Source of the DNA: Chloroflexota bacterium
GTDB lineage: Bacteria; Chloroflexota; UBA6077; SHYK01
DNA: 49,747 bases
NCBI GenBank assembly: GCA_016844585.1
Contig: JAERMM010000011.1
Coordinates: 1 to 49,747 of the forward strand
Direction of reading: 5' to 3'
The translations under genes and the position numbers were made by a program. The notes under the pieces were generated by a model, which did no database searches, had not been told where the DNA came from, and worked only from the letters and a program-made list of their open reading frames with translations. How positions within the stretch are numbered: the first letter of the stretch is position 1; every line of letters begins with the position of its first letter. Shown piece after piece: positions 24,873 to 35,239 of the stretch.

Positions 24873-27073
24873 ATCGTCTGCGCCTTCGTGACATGTGGCT
24901 CCCGGCGCTGTTGGTCGCGATCCTTGCCGTAAACCCGGCCGCTTCGATCCAGGCGGCTGGATGGTCGGATCGTCTGGAGCCCGTGCCCTGGTTCGCGCTG
25001 GCAGGCGTGGTCGCCGGCATCGTTTTCGCTCGCAGCAGGCTCAACCTGGCATTCAGCCTGCTGCTCGGCGCGGCGATCGGGGCCGCCCTATCGACTTTGC
25101 AATATGCATGGTTCCTTCCCGAGCCGAGCGTTCCAGCCCGAGTCGGGGCCTTCGTCAACCGATTGTCAGACTGGGTCGCGGCCGTCTTCTCGGGCGCCGC
25201 AAGCACGGACAATCTGCTGTTTGCATATCAGATGAGCCTGTGGGCCTGGACAATCGGGTACCTCGGTTCGTTCTTCGCGTTTCGACGACTGACTCCATGG
25301 TGGGCGATCGTTCCTTCCGGGTCGGCGTTGCTGCTGAACCTGTCCTATGCGCCTCCTCAGCTTTTGCCGCTCGTGTTCGTCCATTTGATTTCCAGCTTCC
25401 TGCTGATGATCGCCATCAACTCGGTCGAGAAGGTGGCGCGCTGGCGGACTGAGAGCGCAGAACAGAGCTTCAGTCCTGGCATAGGGTTCGCCGCATCCAC
25501 CTTCGTAGTGGGGGTCCTCGTAATAGGCGCCGCATGGAGAATGCCGGTAGGAGAGGTCCAGCGTGGCGTCGCTTCCGCGTGGGAAAACGTCGCCGGTCCC
25601 TGGCAGAGTGTGCAGGCCAACTTTGATCGTCTATTCGCCTCGCTCAACCCATCACCGCAATCGGGACGTGGTCTTACCGCCGCGTTGACCATGGCGCCTC
25701 GCGGCTCGTTCGAGCTGGGAGACAAGCCGGTGATGCGCGTTGGAGGACGAGATCCTGCGTACTGGCGCGCCGTAACCTACGACCGATACACCGGCAACGT
25801 GATGGCCAACTCAGCTATCAGCTCGCAACGCTTGGACCGCCGCCAGCCACTCGAAGGCTCAATGGAGACGGATGCGGGCCGCAAGCTCATCGAGTACACC
25901 GTCACGCTCCTGGCGCCCACCGCATCGGTGATCTACGCGCCGGACACGCCGCTCACGGTTGGCGTGCCCACGGTATATGACTATCGCGCGGACCCGCACG
26001 ATTTCGGTTCGCTGCGGCCGGTCATTCCAATCCGTGAGCAGCAGCGCTATAGCGTACTAACAGCGGTCTCCACTGCGTCCATCAACGAGCTGCGGCAGGC
26101 GGGCACGATCTACCCGCCGTGGACGCGGCCATATCTGCAACTGCCCACAACCCTTCCGGAGCCCGTGCGGCAAGAGAGCTGGCGCGTGGTGGGTGACGCC
26201 ACTAATGTGTACGATGCCGCGGCCCGCGTCGAAGAATACTTGCGAGGGTTCAGGTACAGCACGCGGGTGCAAATGCCGCCCTCTGACCAGGACTGGGTGA
26301 GCTTTCTGCTTTTCCAGTCGCGGGAAGGCTACTGCGACTATTACGCGACGGCTATGACGGTCATGCTGCGCGCGGTGGGAATCCCTGCTCGCGTAGCGAG
26401 CGGCTATGTGACGGGCGATTGGGATCCCCCCACCCAGTCCTACCTCGTAACAGAGGCGCATGCACACACGTGGACCGAAGTGTATTTTCCGCGCTACGGC
26501 TGGATCACGTTTGAGCCATCCGCCATTCGCCCCGCGCCGGTCCGCCTCGAAAACCCGCTGGTCGCGCTTACCGAGGAGGAGTTCCTCCGGATTCTGGAGT
26601 CCGAGCGCGGGGTGGACGAGTTCCTGGACGACGAAGACCTGTACGACAGCGGCAACTTCTTGCCGCTTCCTGCCAACCAGACCGGTCCTGCCTATCCACC
26701 TGGGTTGATTCTTCTCTTTGTGCTCATGGGCCTCGTTGGCGTGGGCGCAATTGTGATGTTCGTGCTATGGGCCCGCGGCATCGGAAACCTGCCTCTTTTC
26801 GCTCGGCCCTATGCTCAGACGCTTCGACTCGCAACATGGTGTGGTCTGGGTCCCAAACACTCGCAGACGCCGTACGAGTACACAACGGAACTGGCGCGAG
26901 TTGTGCCCGCCGCGGGGCCGCAGCTCGTGGCGATTGCGGACGCGTATGTTGCAGGCGCCTATGGAGGAAAGGAGCCGGATCTCGAGACACTCCGTGAGTT
27001 GAAGGTATACTGTTCCGATCGCTCGCGGTCGACCGATGGCATCACTGGCTGGACCAGCGGTTGCGAGCGCTGA
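24869..27073 (+). CDS. transglutaminase-like polytopic membrane protein (TgpA-like)
   Basis: Multi-TM N-terminus. Transglutaminase core Cys/His/acid (EGYCDYYATAM, HAHTWTEVYF, WITFEPS). C-terminal TM helix and tail. GTGA overlap with the DUF58 gene. Confidence 0.88.
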   Translation: MNRLRLRDMWLPALLVAILAVNPAASIQAAGWSDRLEPVPWFALAGVVAGIVFARSRLNLAFSLLLGAAIGAALSTLQYAWFLPEPSVPARVGAFVNRLSDWVAAVFSGAASTDNLLFAYQMSLWAWTIGYLGSFFAFRRLTPWWAIVPSGSALLLNLSYAPPQLLPLVFVHLISSFLLMIAINSVEKVARWRTESAEQSFSPGIGFAASTFVVGVLVIGAAWRMPVGEVQRGVASAWENVAGPWQSVQANFDRLFASLNPSPQSGRGLTAALTMAPRGSFELGDKPVMRVGGRDPAYWRAVTYDRYTGNVMANSAISSQRLDRRQPLEGSMETDAGRKLIEYTVTLLAPTASVIYAPDTPLTVGVPTVYDYRADPHDFGSLRPVIPIREQQRYSVLTAVSTASINELRQAGTIYPPWTRPYLQLPTTLPEPVRQESWRVVGDATNVYDAAARVEEYLRGFRYSTRVQMPPSDQDWVSFLLFQSREGYCDYYATAMTVMLRAVGIPARVASGYVTGDWDPPTQSYLVTEAHAHTWTEVYFPRYGWITFEPSAIRPAPVRLENPLVALTEEEFLRILESERGVDEFLDDEDLYDSGNFLPLPANQTGPAYPPGLILLFVLMGLVGVGAIVMFVLWARGIGNLPLFARPYAQTLRLATWCGLGPKHSQTPYEYTTELARVVPAAGPQLVAIADAYVAGAYGGKEPDLETLRELKVYCSDRSRSTDGITGWTSGCER

Positions 27074-27294
27074 CCGGACCCGAACGTCGTTAGTGCAATG
27101 GCGCCAGGTTGCCGCCCTTCTGATGGGCCTTGAAGTCGCCGTCAAATGTGCTGTAGTATCCGCGCCACTGCCACGCAGCCGCAGGCCGGGGGGTGACGTA
27201 AAGAGCATCGTTTTGGCACGCGCTTCTCGAACTGTCAACGGGACATAATGGACATGGCATGATTCTGGCCATGCATCTCTGTGAGGATTAGGCG

Positions 27295-28287
27295 TTGGAA
27301 CCACTCCTTGACGTGCGCGATCTTAGAACCGAGTTCCCAACCGGCGACGGAGTCGTTCACGCGGTGAATGGCATCTCGTATACGGTGATGCCCGGGGAAG
27401 CTGTTGGACTCGTTGGCGAGAGTGGATGCGGCAAGACCGTAAGCGCTATGTCGATTCTCAAATTGGTCTCCAGCCCGGGCCGCATCGCGGGCGGGCAAGT
27501 GCTCTTCGAGGGGAAGGATCTTCTGCTCTACGACGAGGACCACATTCGGAAGATCCGTGGCAACGAGATCGCCGTGATCTTCCAGGACCCGATGACGTCG
27601 CTGAACCCCGTCTTGTCGGTCCGGACCCAGATGACCGAGCCACTCATGCTGCACAAAGGCATGGACCAGAGCACGGCGGATAAACGCGCGATTGAATTGC
27701 TCGAGTTGGTCGAAGTGCCGGCAGCGAATGCCCGCCTGAGGGACTATCCGCATCAGTTCAGTGGCGGCATGCGACAGCGCGTGATGATCGCGATGGCCCT
27801 GGCGTGTGAGCCGAAGCTTCTTATAGCGGACGAGCCGACAACCGCGCTGGACGTGACGATTCAAGCGCAGATCCTGGACATCATTACCAAACTGCGCAAA
27901 GAGGTCGGTATGGCGCTGGTCATGATCACCCATGACCTCGGCGTCGTGGCAGGAATCTGCGACCGCATCAATGTCATGTACGCAGGCTACATCGTCGAAC
28001 ACGCTACGACCGAAGAGCTTTTCGCGAATCCGCGTCACCCATACACTCTCGGTCTGCTGCGGTCGATCCCGCGCATGGACCAGGAGCGGCGCGCGAAGCT
28101 GATCCCAATCGAGGGGTTCCCGCCGGACCTCATACACATTGGCGACAAGTGTCCATTCCAGCCGAGGTGCATCTACGCTGTGGACAGGAGCGCCGAAGAG
28201 AACCCGAATCTGCAGCCTGTCGGTAACGGCCATTCTGTTGCCTGCTGGGTCGACGTTTACGCGGGGAGGAAACTGAGCGATGGTTGA
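27295..28287 (+). CDS. oligopeptide/dipeptide ABC transporter ATP-binding protein (OppD/DppD family)
   Basis: Walker A GESGCGKT, signature FSGGMRQR, C-terminal Opp-type extension (CPFQPRC). Confidence 0.92.
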   Translation: MEPLLDVRDLRTEFPTGDGVVHAVNGISYTVMPGEAVGLVGESGCGKTVSAMSILKLVSSPGRIAGGQVLFEGKDLLLYDEDHIRKIRGNEIAVIFQDPMTSLNPVLSVRTQMTEPLMLHKGMDQSTADKRAIELLELVEVPAANARLRDYPHQFSGGMRQRVMIAMALACEPKLLIADEPTTALDVTIQAQILDIITKLRKEVGMALVMITHDLGVVAGICDRINVMYAGYIVEHATTEELFANPRHPYTLGLLRSIPRMDQERRAKLIPIEGFPPDLIHIGDKCPFQPRCIYAVDRSAEENPNLQPVGNGHSVACWVDVYAGRKLSDG

Positions 28288-29332
28288 GGCAGCCGCCCGT
28301 CCGGGCTCGGCCGAACGAGAAACGCTTGTCGACGTCAAGCATCTGAAGATGTACTTCCCGGTGCGCCGCGGGATGATTATCGAGCGCACGGTAGGACACG
28401 TTCACGCGGTCGACGACATCACCTTCGACGTAAAGCGTGGCGAGACGCTGGGGCTGGTAGGCGAGAGTGGGTGCGGCAAGTCGACGACTGGACGTGCAGT
28501 GCTGCAGATCTACAAGCCGACCGCTGGTCATGTGGTCTACAACGGCGTGGAACTCACGACGCTCAAGAATCGAGATCTGCGCAACTATCGCCGCAACATG
28601 CAGATGATCTTCCAGGACCCGTATGCCTCGCTGGACCCACGCATGACGGTCGGTGGAATCATCGCGGAACCGCTGGAGATTCATCACCTTGCCAAGGGTA
28701 AGGCGAAAGAGGAAAAGGTCCGTGAGATGCTCCGTATCGTGGGCCTCAATCCGTATTTCGCCAATCGCTATCCCCACGAGTTCAGTGGGGGCCAGCGCCA
28801 GCGGATTGGGGTCGCGCGGGCGCTCGCGCTAGACCCGGAGTTCATCGTCTGCGATGAGCCGATCAGCGCGCTCGACGTGTCAATCCAGGCGCAGGTCATC
28901 AACCTGCTGGAAGAGCTCCAGGACCGTTACAACTTGACCTACCTCTTCATCGCTCATGATCTGGCCGTCGTACGCCACATCAGCGACCGCGTCGCGGTGA
29001 TGTACGTGGGCAAGATAGTGGAGATCGCCGATCGTACCGAGTTGTACGATCTGCCCCTTCACCCCTACACCAAGGCTCTGCTCTCGGCGGTTCCCATCCC
29101 AGACCCCGTGATCGAGAAGCGCAGGTCACGGATTATTTTGCAGGGCGACGTGCCTAGTCCTGTGACGCCGCCCAGTGGTTGCCGCTTCCATCCGCGTTGC
29201 CCGTTCGCACGTGCAGATTGTTCGCAGAGCGAGCCGCTGCTGGAAGAGGTGCGACCGAGGCACTGGGTGGCATGCTTCTACTGGAAGGAGATCGCCGAAA
29301 AAACCCCGATGGGGCCCTTCTCTTCGAACTAA
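28280..29332 (+). CDS. oligopeptide/dipeptide ABC transporter ATP-binding protein (OppF/DppF family)
   Basis: Walker [10 protein letters not shown], signature FSGGQRQR, C-terminal [11 protein letters not shown] motif. Confidence 0.92.
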   Translation: MVEAAARPGSAERETLVDVKHLKMYFPVRRGMIIERTVGHVHAVDDITFDVKRGETLGLVGESGCGKSTTGRAVLQIYKPTAGHVVYNGVELTTLKNRDLRNYRRNMQMIFQDPYASLDPRMTVGGIIAEPLEIHHLAKGKAKEEKVREMLRIVGLNPYFANRYPHEFSGGQRQRIGVARALALDPEFIVCDEPISALDVSIQAQVINLLEELQDRYNLTYLFIAHDLAVVRHISDRVAVMYVGKIVEIADRTELYDLPLHPYTKALLSAVPIPDPVIEKRRSRIILQGDVPSPVTPPSGCRFHPRCPFARADCSQSEPLLEEVRPRHWVACFYWKEIAEKTPMGPFSSN

Positions 29333-30207
29333 AGGGCGCGGAACGGGTCTTCGTCGTCGAGAAGCGACTCCATCGCATCGCGCGCCGCCTCCCGCACATC
29401 GCGGTTGCGGGAGGCGAGCAGTTGGCTCAGCGCTGCCTTGGCGTCGGAACCACCTGTCGCTCCTAAAGCCTTGATCGCTGCTCGCCGGACCGCGTCATCG
29501 TCATCCTTCAGTCTCCCTAAGAGGTGAGGGATCAGCCGCTGATCCTCAAGCTCGGCCGCGGCCTCAGCCGCGGCCTGCCTGAGTTCGGGATCGTCAGCCT
29601 CCATTTCGGTGATGACGTCGTCGATCCAGATCTCCTGGCAATTGCGCCCCATTGCCTCGACTGCTGTGACGTGCAAGTCCGGCTGGAGGTGGGCCTGGCG
29701 AATCTCTTGCTCCGAACGTGCAGTCGTGAGATAAGCCAGTGCCAGAAGGGCGGCACGCCGAAGAGGAAATGATGTTGTGGGCAGGTGCAGCACGCCAGCC
29801 AAAGCCGTCTCTAGCTTGCGCTCGGACTCAGGGTCCCATCCGTCAGTTTGCGCGGCGTAGGTGAAGTGTGAGAGGCCGTCCAGGGCAGCCAGGCGTACCT
29901 CCTCTGACGGGTCGGTAACCGCTGATTTGAGAAAGCTGTCGAGCAAGCCGAGATCGGCATCTTCCGCCAGAAGCGAAAGGGCGGCGGCTCGCACTTCGGC
30001 GTCGGGATCGTCCAGCGAGCCCTTGTAAACCGATGAGAATTCGAGGAATGCGCTTTCGTCCGCGGCTTGCCTGAGGAGGCCCAGAAGCGCCAAACGATGG
30101 TCGCCATTCAGGCCACGCCACACGTCCTGAAACTGGGCGAGGTCGTCGCCCTCCAGGCCGCTGAGGGATTGGGTGACATCCTCGTCAAGCCCGTCCGCCC
30201 GGTCCAA
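29329..30207 (-). CDS. HEAT-repeat protein
   Basis: Repeated D(P/D)..VR.AA..AL helical repeats ([54 protein letters not shown]). The start is uncertain. The longest ORF (to 30399) would overlap proS, and TTG 30207 is the first start clear of proS. Confidence 0.65.
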   Translation of the reverse strand: MDRADGLDEDVTQSLSGLEGDDLAQFQDVWRGLNGDHRLALLGLLRQAADESAFLEFSSVYKGSLDDPDAEVRAAALSLLAEDADLGLLDSFLKSAVTDPSEEVRLAALDGLSHFTYAAQTDGWDPESERKLETALAGVLHLPTTSFPLRRAALLALAYLTTARSEQEIRQAHLQPDLHVTAVEAMGRNCQEIWIDDVITEMEADDPELRQAAAEAAAELEDQRLIPHLLGRLKDDDDAVRRAAIKALGATGGSDAKAALSQLLASRNRDVREAARDAMESLLDDEDPFRAL

Positions 30208-30245
30208 CGCGGCGGCTATTCCGACGAAGGGGAGCGGTTCCCCGT

Positions 30246-31691
30246 TCAGTATGATCTTCCGAAGATGGCGGTCTGATCTGCAGTAGCCTTGCAGACGAGG
30301 CACAGGCCTTTGTCGTCGCCGCCTTCGAACGGGATGCATCGAAGCGTGGCCCCCGTCTTCGCTTTTACCGCGCCCTCGCACATCGGGGAGCCGCACCACG
30401 GCGCCCAGAAGAAGCCCCGTTCCTTCTCCATCTGCTCGGCGATCTCGTCGACGCTGGACACTGTCCAGGTGTGAGCATCCCGAAAGGCGCGGGCGCGATC
30501 CAGCATTGATCGGTGGACCTCATCAAGGATCTCCGGGAGTCGCTGGCCGAGCCCGGCGATCGGAATTGACTCTTTAGCCCGACTATCGCGCCGAACGGCA
30601 ACGGCCTGTCCCTGATCGACATCGCGCGGGCCCACCTCGAGCCGAAGCGGCGCGCCGCGCATCTCCCACTCGTTGTATTTCCAACCCGGCTTGTTGTCTG
30701 ACCAATCCGTGTGGATTCGGACCGCACCGGTCAGATCACGGGTGATAGCCTGGACTGCTTCGTACACCCGACTCCGCTCATCGTCGTTTCGAAAAATGGG
30801 GACGATCACAACCTGGAAGGGTGCAACGCGCGGGGGCATCATCAGGCCGCTGTCGTCGCCGTGCATCATGATGATCCCGCCAATGAGTCGGGTACTCGCT
30901 CCCCAGCTCGTGGTCCAGGCGAAGCGTCGCTCCCCGTCCATGTCCAGGAAGCTGATGTTGAAGGCCTCCGCGAACCGCTGGGCGAAGAAATGCGAGGTGC
31001 CAGCCTGGAGAGCCTTTCCGTCTCCCATCATTGCTTCGACGGTAAAGGTGGCCGCGGCGCCGGCGAATTTCTCGGCATCGGATTTGCGTCCCCTTATGAC
31101 CGGCATGGCCAGCTCCGTCTCCGCGAACTCGCGATATACATCGAGCATGCGAAGGACCTCCTCCATGGCCTCTTGTTCGGTGCGGTGCACCGTGTGGCCC
31201 TCCTGCCAGAGAAACTCCCTCGTTCGCAGGAAGAGATAGGTGCGCTTCTCCCATCGGACCACATTCGCCCATTGGTTGATCAACAAGGGGAGGTCGCGCC
31301 ATGACTGCACCCATTTGCTGTACATCGACAGAATGATGGCTTCTGAAGTCGGGCGAATGGCGAGGCGCTCTTCGAGCTTCTCGCCACCAGCCTCGGTAAT
31401 CCAGGGCAGCTCCGGAGCGAAGCCAGCAACGTGCTCGGCCTCCTTCTTCATGAGGCTCTCCGGGATGAAGAGGGGGAAGTAGGCGTTTACGTGGCCTGTG
31501 GCCTTGAATCGCGCATCCAGGCCGGCCTGCATGTTCTCCCAGAGCGCATAGCCATACGGTCGGATCACCATGCAGCCACGAACGGGCGAGTAGTCCGCCA
31601 ACTTCGTTTTGAGGATGACATCGGTATACCACTGCGAGTAGTCATCGCTCTTGTCAGCAATTTGATCTACAAACCCGCTAACGTCGGTCAA
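30246..31691 (-). CDS. proS: proline--tRNA ligase (archaeal/eukaryote-like ~480-aa type)
   Basis: N-terminus DYSQWYTDVILKTKLADYSPVRGCMVIRPYGYALWE and a C-terminal Cys-rich zinc domain. TTG start preceded by AGGAGGTGA. Confidence 0.93.
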   Translation of the reverse strand: MTDVSGFVDQIADKSDDYSQWYTDVILKTKLADYSPVRGCMVIRPYGYALWENMQAGLDARFKATGHVNAYFPLFIPESLMKKEAEHVAGFAPELPWITEAGGEKLEERLAIRPTSEAIILSMYSKWVQSWRDLPLLINQWANVVRWEKRTYLFLRTREFLWQEGHTVHRTEQEAMEEVLRMLDVYREFAETELAMPVIRGRKSDAEKFAGAAATFTVEAMMGDGKALQAGTSHFFAQRFAEAFNISFLDMDGERRFAWTTSWGASTRLIGGIIMMHGDDSGLMMPPRVAPFQVVIVPIFRNDDERSRVYEAVQAITRDLTGAVRIHTDWSDNKPGWKYNEWEMRGAPLRLEVGPRDVDQGQAVAVRRDSRAKESIPIAGLGQRLPEILDEVHRSMLDRARAFRDAHTWTVSSVDEIAEQMEKERGFFWAPWCGSPMCEGAVKAKTGATLRCIPFEGGDDKGLCLVCKATADQTAIFGRSY

Positions 31692-31715
31692 CGCTCACCT
31701 CCTGAAGATTACAAA

Positions 31716-31745
31716 ATTGTACCGATGCGTCCGGAAGAGGGGCAA
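31716..31745 (-). promoter_or_regulatory. candidate proS promoter
   Basis: On the - strand: TTGCCC (31745-31740), 18 nt, TACAAT (31721-31716), about 25 nt upstream of the proS start. Confidence 0.35.
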
Positions 31746-31761
31746 ACAGGCATCTAGCCCG

Positions 31762-31790
31762 CTGTTCGACTCGGCAGACGCTCCTATAAT
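31762..31790 (+). promoter_or_regulatory. candidate alr promoter (-10 only convincing)
   Basis: TATAAT at 31785-31790 with a weak -35 (CTGTTC, 17-nt spacer). Confidence 0.25.
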
Positions 31791-31865
31791 CTGACCACCC
31801 TGTGCCTCCGCGGCGCATCCGTTGACGAGCTGGAGTGGTCGGGCCGACTGGGATGGAGACTCCGA

Positions 31866-33119
31866 GTGGCCACGGAAGCGGGAATTGAGGCCTTGAACGT
31901 GCCCACGCCCCGATCGTCATTCGATGACGTTTTACGGATGCTGCCCTGCTGGGCCGAAATCGATCTCGATGCCGTGGAGGCCAACGTCGCGAACCTGCGA
32001 CGCTGGCTCGGACCTGGCACGGCGCTTGCTGCCGTCGTCAAGGCTCAAGGCTACGGAACCGGAGCCTGTGAGGTTGCATGTGCCGCCCTGGAAGCGGGGG
32101 CGCGATGGCTAGCCGTTGCGCGCCTTCATGAAGGCCGAGAGCTCCGAGAATCCGGTATTCGTGCGCCGATACTGATCCTCACGCGCACGCATCCGTCGCG
32201 TGCAGACGAAGTGGTTCGCCTCGATCTCACGGCAACGGTTGAGAATGCGACGCTGGGGCAAGCCCTGGGAGACGCGGCGACACGCGTCGGGCGTCGAGCG
32301 TCGATCCATGTCAAAGTCGATACCGGTTTGCACCGCTTCGGTGTGCAGCCTCAAGAGGCGCTCCCATTAGTTCGCTCGTTGTCAGAAGTCGACGGGTTAG
32401 ACATCCAGGCAATCTACACGCACTTCGCGAGCGCCGACGAAACCGATCTCTCTTTCACTCGGGAACAACTTCTCTGTTTTCTGGATGTGACACGACGGGT
32501 CGAAGGCGCCGGATATCGATTCCCCATGAGGCATGCGGCGAACAGCGCAGGCACGCTCGCGGTCCGCGAGGCGCACCTTGATCTGGTTCGAATCGGGCTG
32601 GCCCTCTACGGCGTCAGCCCCAGCGGCGAAGTCCCAGATGGGCTCCATCTGCGGCCGTCTGTGAGTCTCCGCGCGAGGGTCGCGCGCGTAGCTGAGATCG
32701 CCGAAGGCGAGGGCGTCGGCTACGGCCAAACCTGGCTGGCGAAACGAGCGACCCGCGTCGCTCTCGTAACCGCCGGTTATGCGGACGGGGTCTCGCGCCG
32801 TCTTTCGAACACTGGCGCAGTCCTCGTAAATGGCAATCGGTGCCCGATCATCGGGCGCGTGTCCATGGACCAAACGACCGTGGACGTCACGGGCTGCGGG
32901 CCGGTCAAAGTGGGCGACGTTGCGACCTTCCTCGGTCGGGACGGCAATGCCGAGATTGACCTGCATCGCTTTGCCTCGGATGCTGACACGATTCCCCATG
33001 ACATCCTAACGGCCATCGGAGCCCGGGTACCGCGAGCCTACATTCGAGATGGCAGAGTCAGCCACATCGCTCGCCTGAGTGGGGTAACGGACGTGATGGG
33101 CAATGGGCAGCGGCTCTAG
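31866..33119 (+). CDS. alr: alanine racemase
   Basis: PCWAEIDLDAV and the PLP-lysine motif AVVKAQGYGTGA. GTG 31866 is the longest start. ATG 31938 (MLPCWAEIDL) fits homolog N-termini better. Confidence 0.9.
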   Translation: MATEAGIEALNVPTPRSSFDDVLRMLPCWAEIDLDAVEANVANLRRWLGPGTALAAVVKAQGYGTGACEVACAALEAGARWLAVARLHEGRELRESGIRAPILILTRTHPSRADEVVRLDLTATVENATLGQALGDAATRVGRRASIHVKVDTGLHRFGVQPQEALPLVRSLSEVDGLDIQAIYTHFASADETDLSFTREQLLCFLDVTRRVEGAGYRFPMRHAANSAGTLAVREAHLDLVRIGLALYGVSPSGEVPDGLHLRPSVSLRARVARVAEIAEGEGVGYGQTWLAKRATRVALVTAGYADGVSRRLSNTGAVLVNGNRCPIIGRVSMDQTTVDVTGCGPVKVGDVATFLGRDGNAEIDLHRFASDADTIPHDILTAIGARVPRAYIRDGRVSHIARLSGVTDVMGNGQRL

Positions 33120-33127
33120 AGACTCCA

Positions 33128-35170
33128 TCACCCTGGCAAGATGAGCGTGACTCGTGTGAAACGATTTGCCGCGCTCTCGACGGTCAGTCCACCACCGATC
33201 ACCGCCATCAACGTGCTGTGAAGCGCCAACCCCTGGCCAGAGCCACGCGCGTCGGTTGCCGTCGCCTCAAGGCCAACCCCGTCGTCCTCGATGGCGAGCT
33301 GCAGTCCGTGCTTGCGGTTCAACTCGATCGCCAGGTGGAGCGGACGCTTCATGTCTCCATTGCGGCCGTGGGCTGCCGCGTTACGGATGACTTCGCGGGC
33401 TGCGCAGAAGGCCACCTCGGCGTTCGTCGCCGAGAGCTGGTCCACGGCATCAACTGCCTCGGCGTCAAGGCGCCAGCTCACGCTGTCGAACGCCCCACCT
33501 AGCTCCGCCTCCAGCGCTTCTCGCAGCGCTCGAGTCAGGCCCAGCTCCGCCACACGCGGGGCCGCTGGACCGCCCGTGGCGCGGAGGAGAGCGGAGATCT
33601 CGCCGTGCGTCTGCGCTATGAGAGCGGCGGCATCACTCGCGTTGTCCGCTGCCTCGCCGCTGCGCCGTGCAAGCAAGAGCATGGCGGTGTGGAGCCGAGG
33701 AAGCGTCTCGTCGTGAAGGAGTTGCCGTGCATGACTGTCGAGCACAGGCGTCCCGGAGAGCTGCGCCCGCTGCAGGTCCATAAGGCGGCGCGACATCTCG
33801 GCAGTCACTTGCCGATCGATGATCCTCTCGCAGGCAGCGCGAGCGATCTCGATCTCCTCTTGAGTGTACAAGCGTTCGTCAGCCCTCTCACCGAGCAGCA
33901 GTGCTCCAATCTGCCCGCGCTCGTTCCACAACGGGACTGCCCAGGCGGCGCCGCTGTTCTCGGGCGCCAACGGCACGCAGAGCGCATCGGTCGACAGGAG
34001 CGCCATGAGGCCATCAAGCGGAGGCGCGAACGTAGCTGCGTCCCTCGGATACGCCAGTGGTCGCACGAGAGGGGCCGCCGGCCCAATTGCGACCAAATAC
34101 GCTACCCGCGCACCCAGCACTTCCCCACAGAGGGCGTCGAACTGGCGCTCGGCGTCGATGCCGGAGCCGACGCTGGAGGATCCAACCAGCCGTTCGTAGA
34201 GATGCTCGCTGCCTACGAACAACCGCAAGCGCGCCAGCCCCTGCTCCCGCTCGGCGTAGGTACGCCAGCCGTGCAGGGCATACAGCACGGTGATCATCAC
34301 AGTGACCAGCAGCAGGCGTGGGACAGGGTCGATCGGGACGCCGAGCGTACCGCCAACGAGCAGCCCGATTGTCGCGGCGAGAATCAGGCTGTTCCTCCAA
34401 TGACGCCGCAGCCCGCCGCGGGGAAGTACCTTGCCAGTGAAGACTTCATAGGTGACGATGGCCCTGCCGAGCAGGATGACCGTGACTGCGAGCAGGCTCG
34501 ACAGCAGGATGTCAAATCCCTTGATTGGCCAGAGCGTTTCTGTCGTGATTGGCCGATCCGGCGTGACCTGGGTAACAAGCCACGCTGACAGTGCGCCCAC
34601 GGCGGCGCTGACGATCAGCAGGGCCAGAGAGGTAGCCACAAGCCACGGCAGGGCCCGTCGCCGTGCAATCTCGCCCATAAACCTGCCCGATGGCGCGGGG
34701 CGCATGAGGATGCGCAGCGCCAGGACGATGCACGCAAGACTAAACGCAGGGTAGATCAAAAGCGCCCGCAGGCTCCCAGGCGCGCGTTCGTGCGCGACGG
34801 TCAGAGCAACGTTCGCAGCGGATGGCAATGGCAGCGGGAAGGGGGACACAATCGTGAGCACAATGGCCGCGGCCAACCCAATGACCCCCAGACCGACGGC
34901 CTGCCTTCGATGCCAGGGCTCGTGGAGTCGCCCCGCGTACCAACTGACGACGAGATACCAGAGGAACGGAAGTGCGATGAAAGGCAGCCAGCTCATCGGC
35001 CACCAGAATGCGAGTTGGTGCAACTCACCCCAGAGGTCGCCGGCGGCGACCATGGAATGGGCCGCGAAAAACGCTCCGCTCAGAAGGAGTGCTGAGCTTG
35101 CAAGCCAGGTGCCGAGGGTCCGCCGCTCAGCATTGAGCAGAACCGTGCACCCGAGCCAGAGGAAGGCCAC
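33128..35170 (-). CDS. sensor histidine kinase: polytopic membrane N-terminus, GAF-like middle domain, HisKA_3/HATPase_c
   Basis: Many hydrophobic helices in the first ~310 aa. H-box LLHDETLPRL. N and G boxes VIRNAAAHG, EDDGVGL, GQGLALHS. Confidence 0.85.
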   Translation of the reverse strand: MAFLWLGCTVLLNAERRTLGTWLASSALLLSGAFFAAHSMVAAGDLWGELHQLAFWWPMSWLPFIALPFLWYLVVSWYAGRLHEPWHRRQAVGLGVIGLAAAIVLTIVSPFPLPLPSAANVALTVAHERAPGSLRALLIYPAFSLACIVLALRILMRPAPSGRFMGEIARRRALPWLVATSLALLIVSAAVGALSAWLVTQVTPDRPITTETLWPIKGFDILLSSLLAVTVILLGRAIVTYEVFTGKVLPRGGLRRHWRNSLILAATIGLLVGGTLGVPIDPVPRLLLVTVMITVLYALHGWRTYAEREQGLARLRLFVGSEHLYERLVGSSSVGSGIDAERQFDALCGEVLGARVAYLVAIGPAAPLVRPLAYPRDAATFAPPLDGLMALLSTDALCVPLAPENSGAAWAVPLWNERGQIGALLLGERADERLYTQEEIEIARAACERIIDRQVTAEMSRRLMDLQRAQLSGTPVLDSHARQLLHDETLPRLHTAMLLLARRSGEAADNASDAAALIAQTHGEISALLRATGGPAAPRVAELGLTRALREALEAELGGAFDSVSWRLDAEAVDAVDQLSATNAEVAFCAAREVIRNAAAHGRNGDMKRPLHLAIELNRKHGLQLAIEDDGVGLEATATDARGSGQGLALHSTLMAVIGGGLTVESAANRFTRVTLILPG

Positions 35171-35239
35171 GGTGTTGAAAACGGAAAGGAACCGAATCGC
35201 AGCATCGGCCAGAGCGTCAGCCAGGAGAGCCTACCTCGG

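Noticed and set aside
27074-27294. 221-nt spacer before oppD as a possible small RNA, riboswitch or small ORF (track ORFs 27036..27248 and 27090..27272).
   Set aside because: There is no recognisable conserved RNA motif, only a 6-bp hairpin. The ORFs have no RBS and an implausible composition. This is most simply a promoter region.
30208-30399. 5' extension of the HEAT-repeat ORF overlapping the proS 3' end. The analogous extension 40546..40761 of the small membrane protein overlaps pbpA.
   Set aside because: Both extensions overlap well-supported genes on the same strand and translate to Arg-rich sequence. Downstream starts (TTG 30207, and ATG 40545 with an AGGAGG RBS) avoid the overlap.
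31692-31760. T-box or other leader upstream of proS.
   Set aside because: The candidate -10 lies only about 25 nt from the start codon, and the whole spacer is far shorter than a T-box leader.
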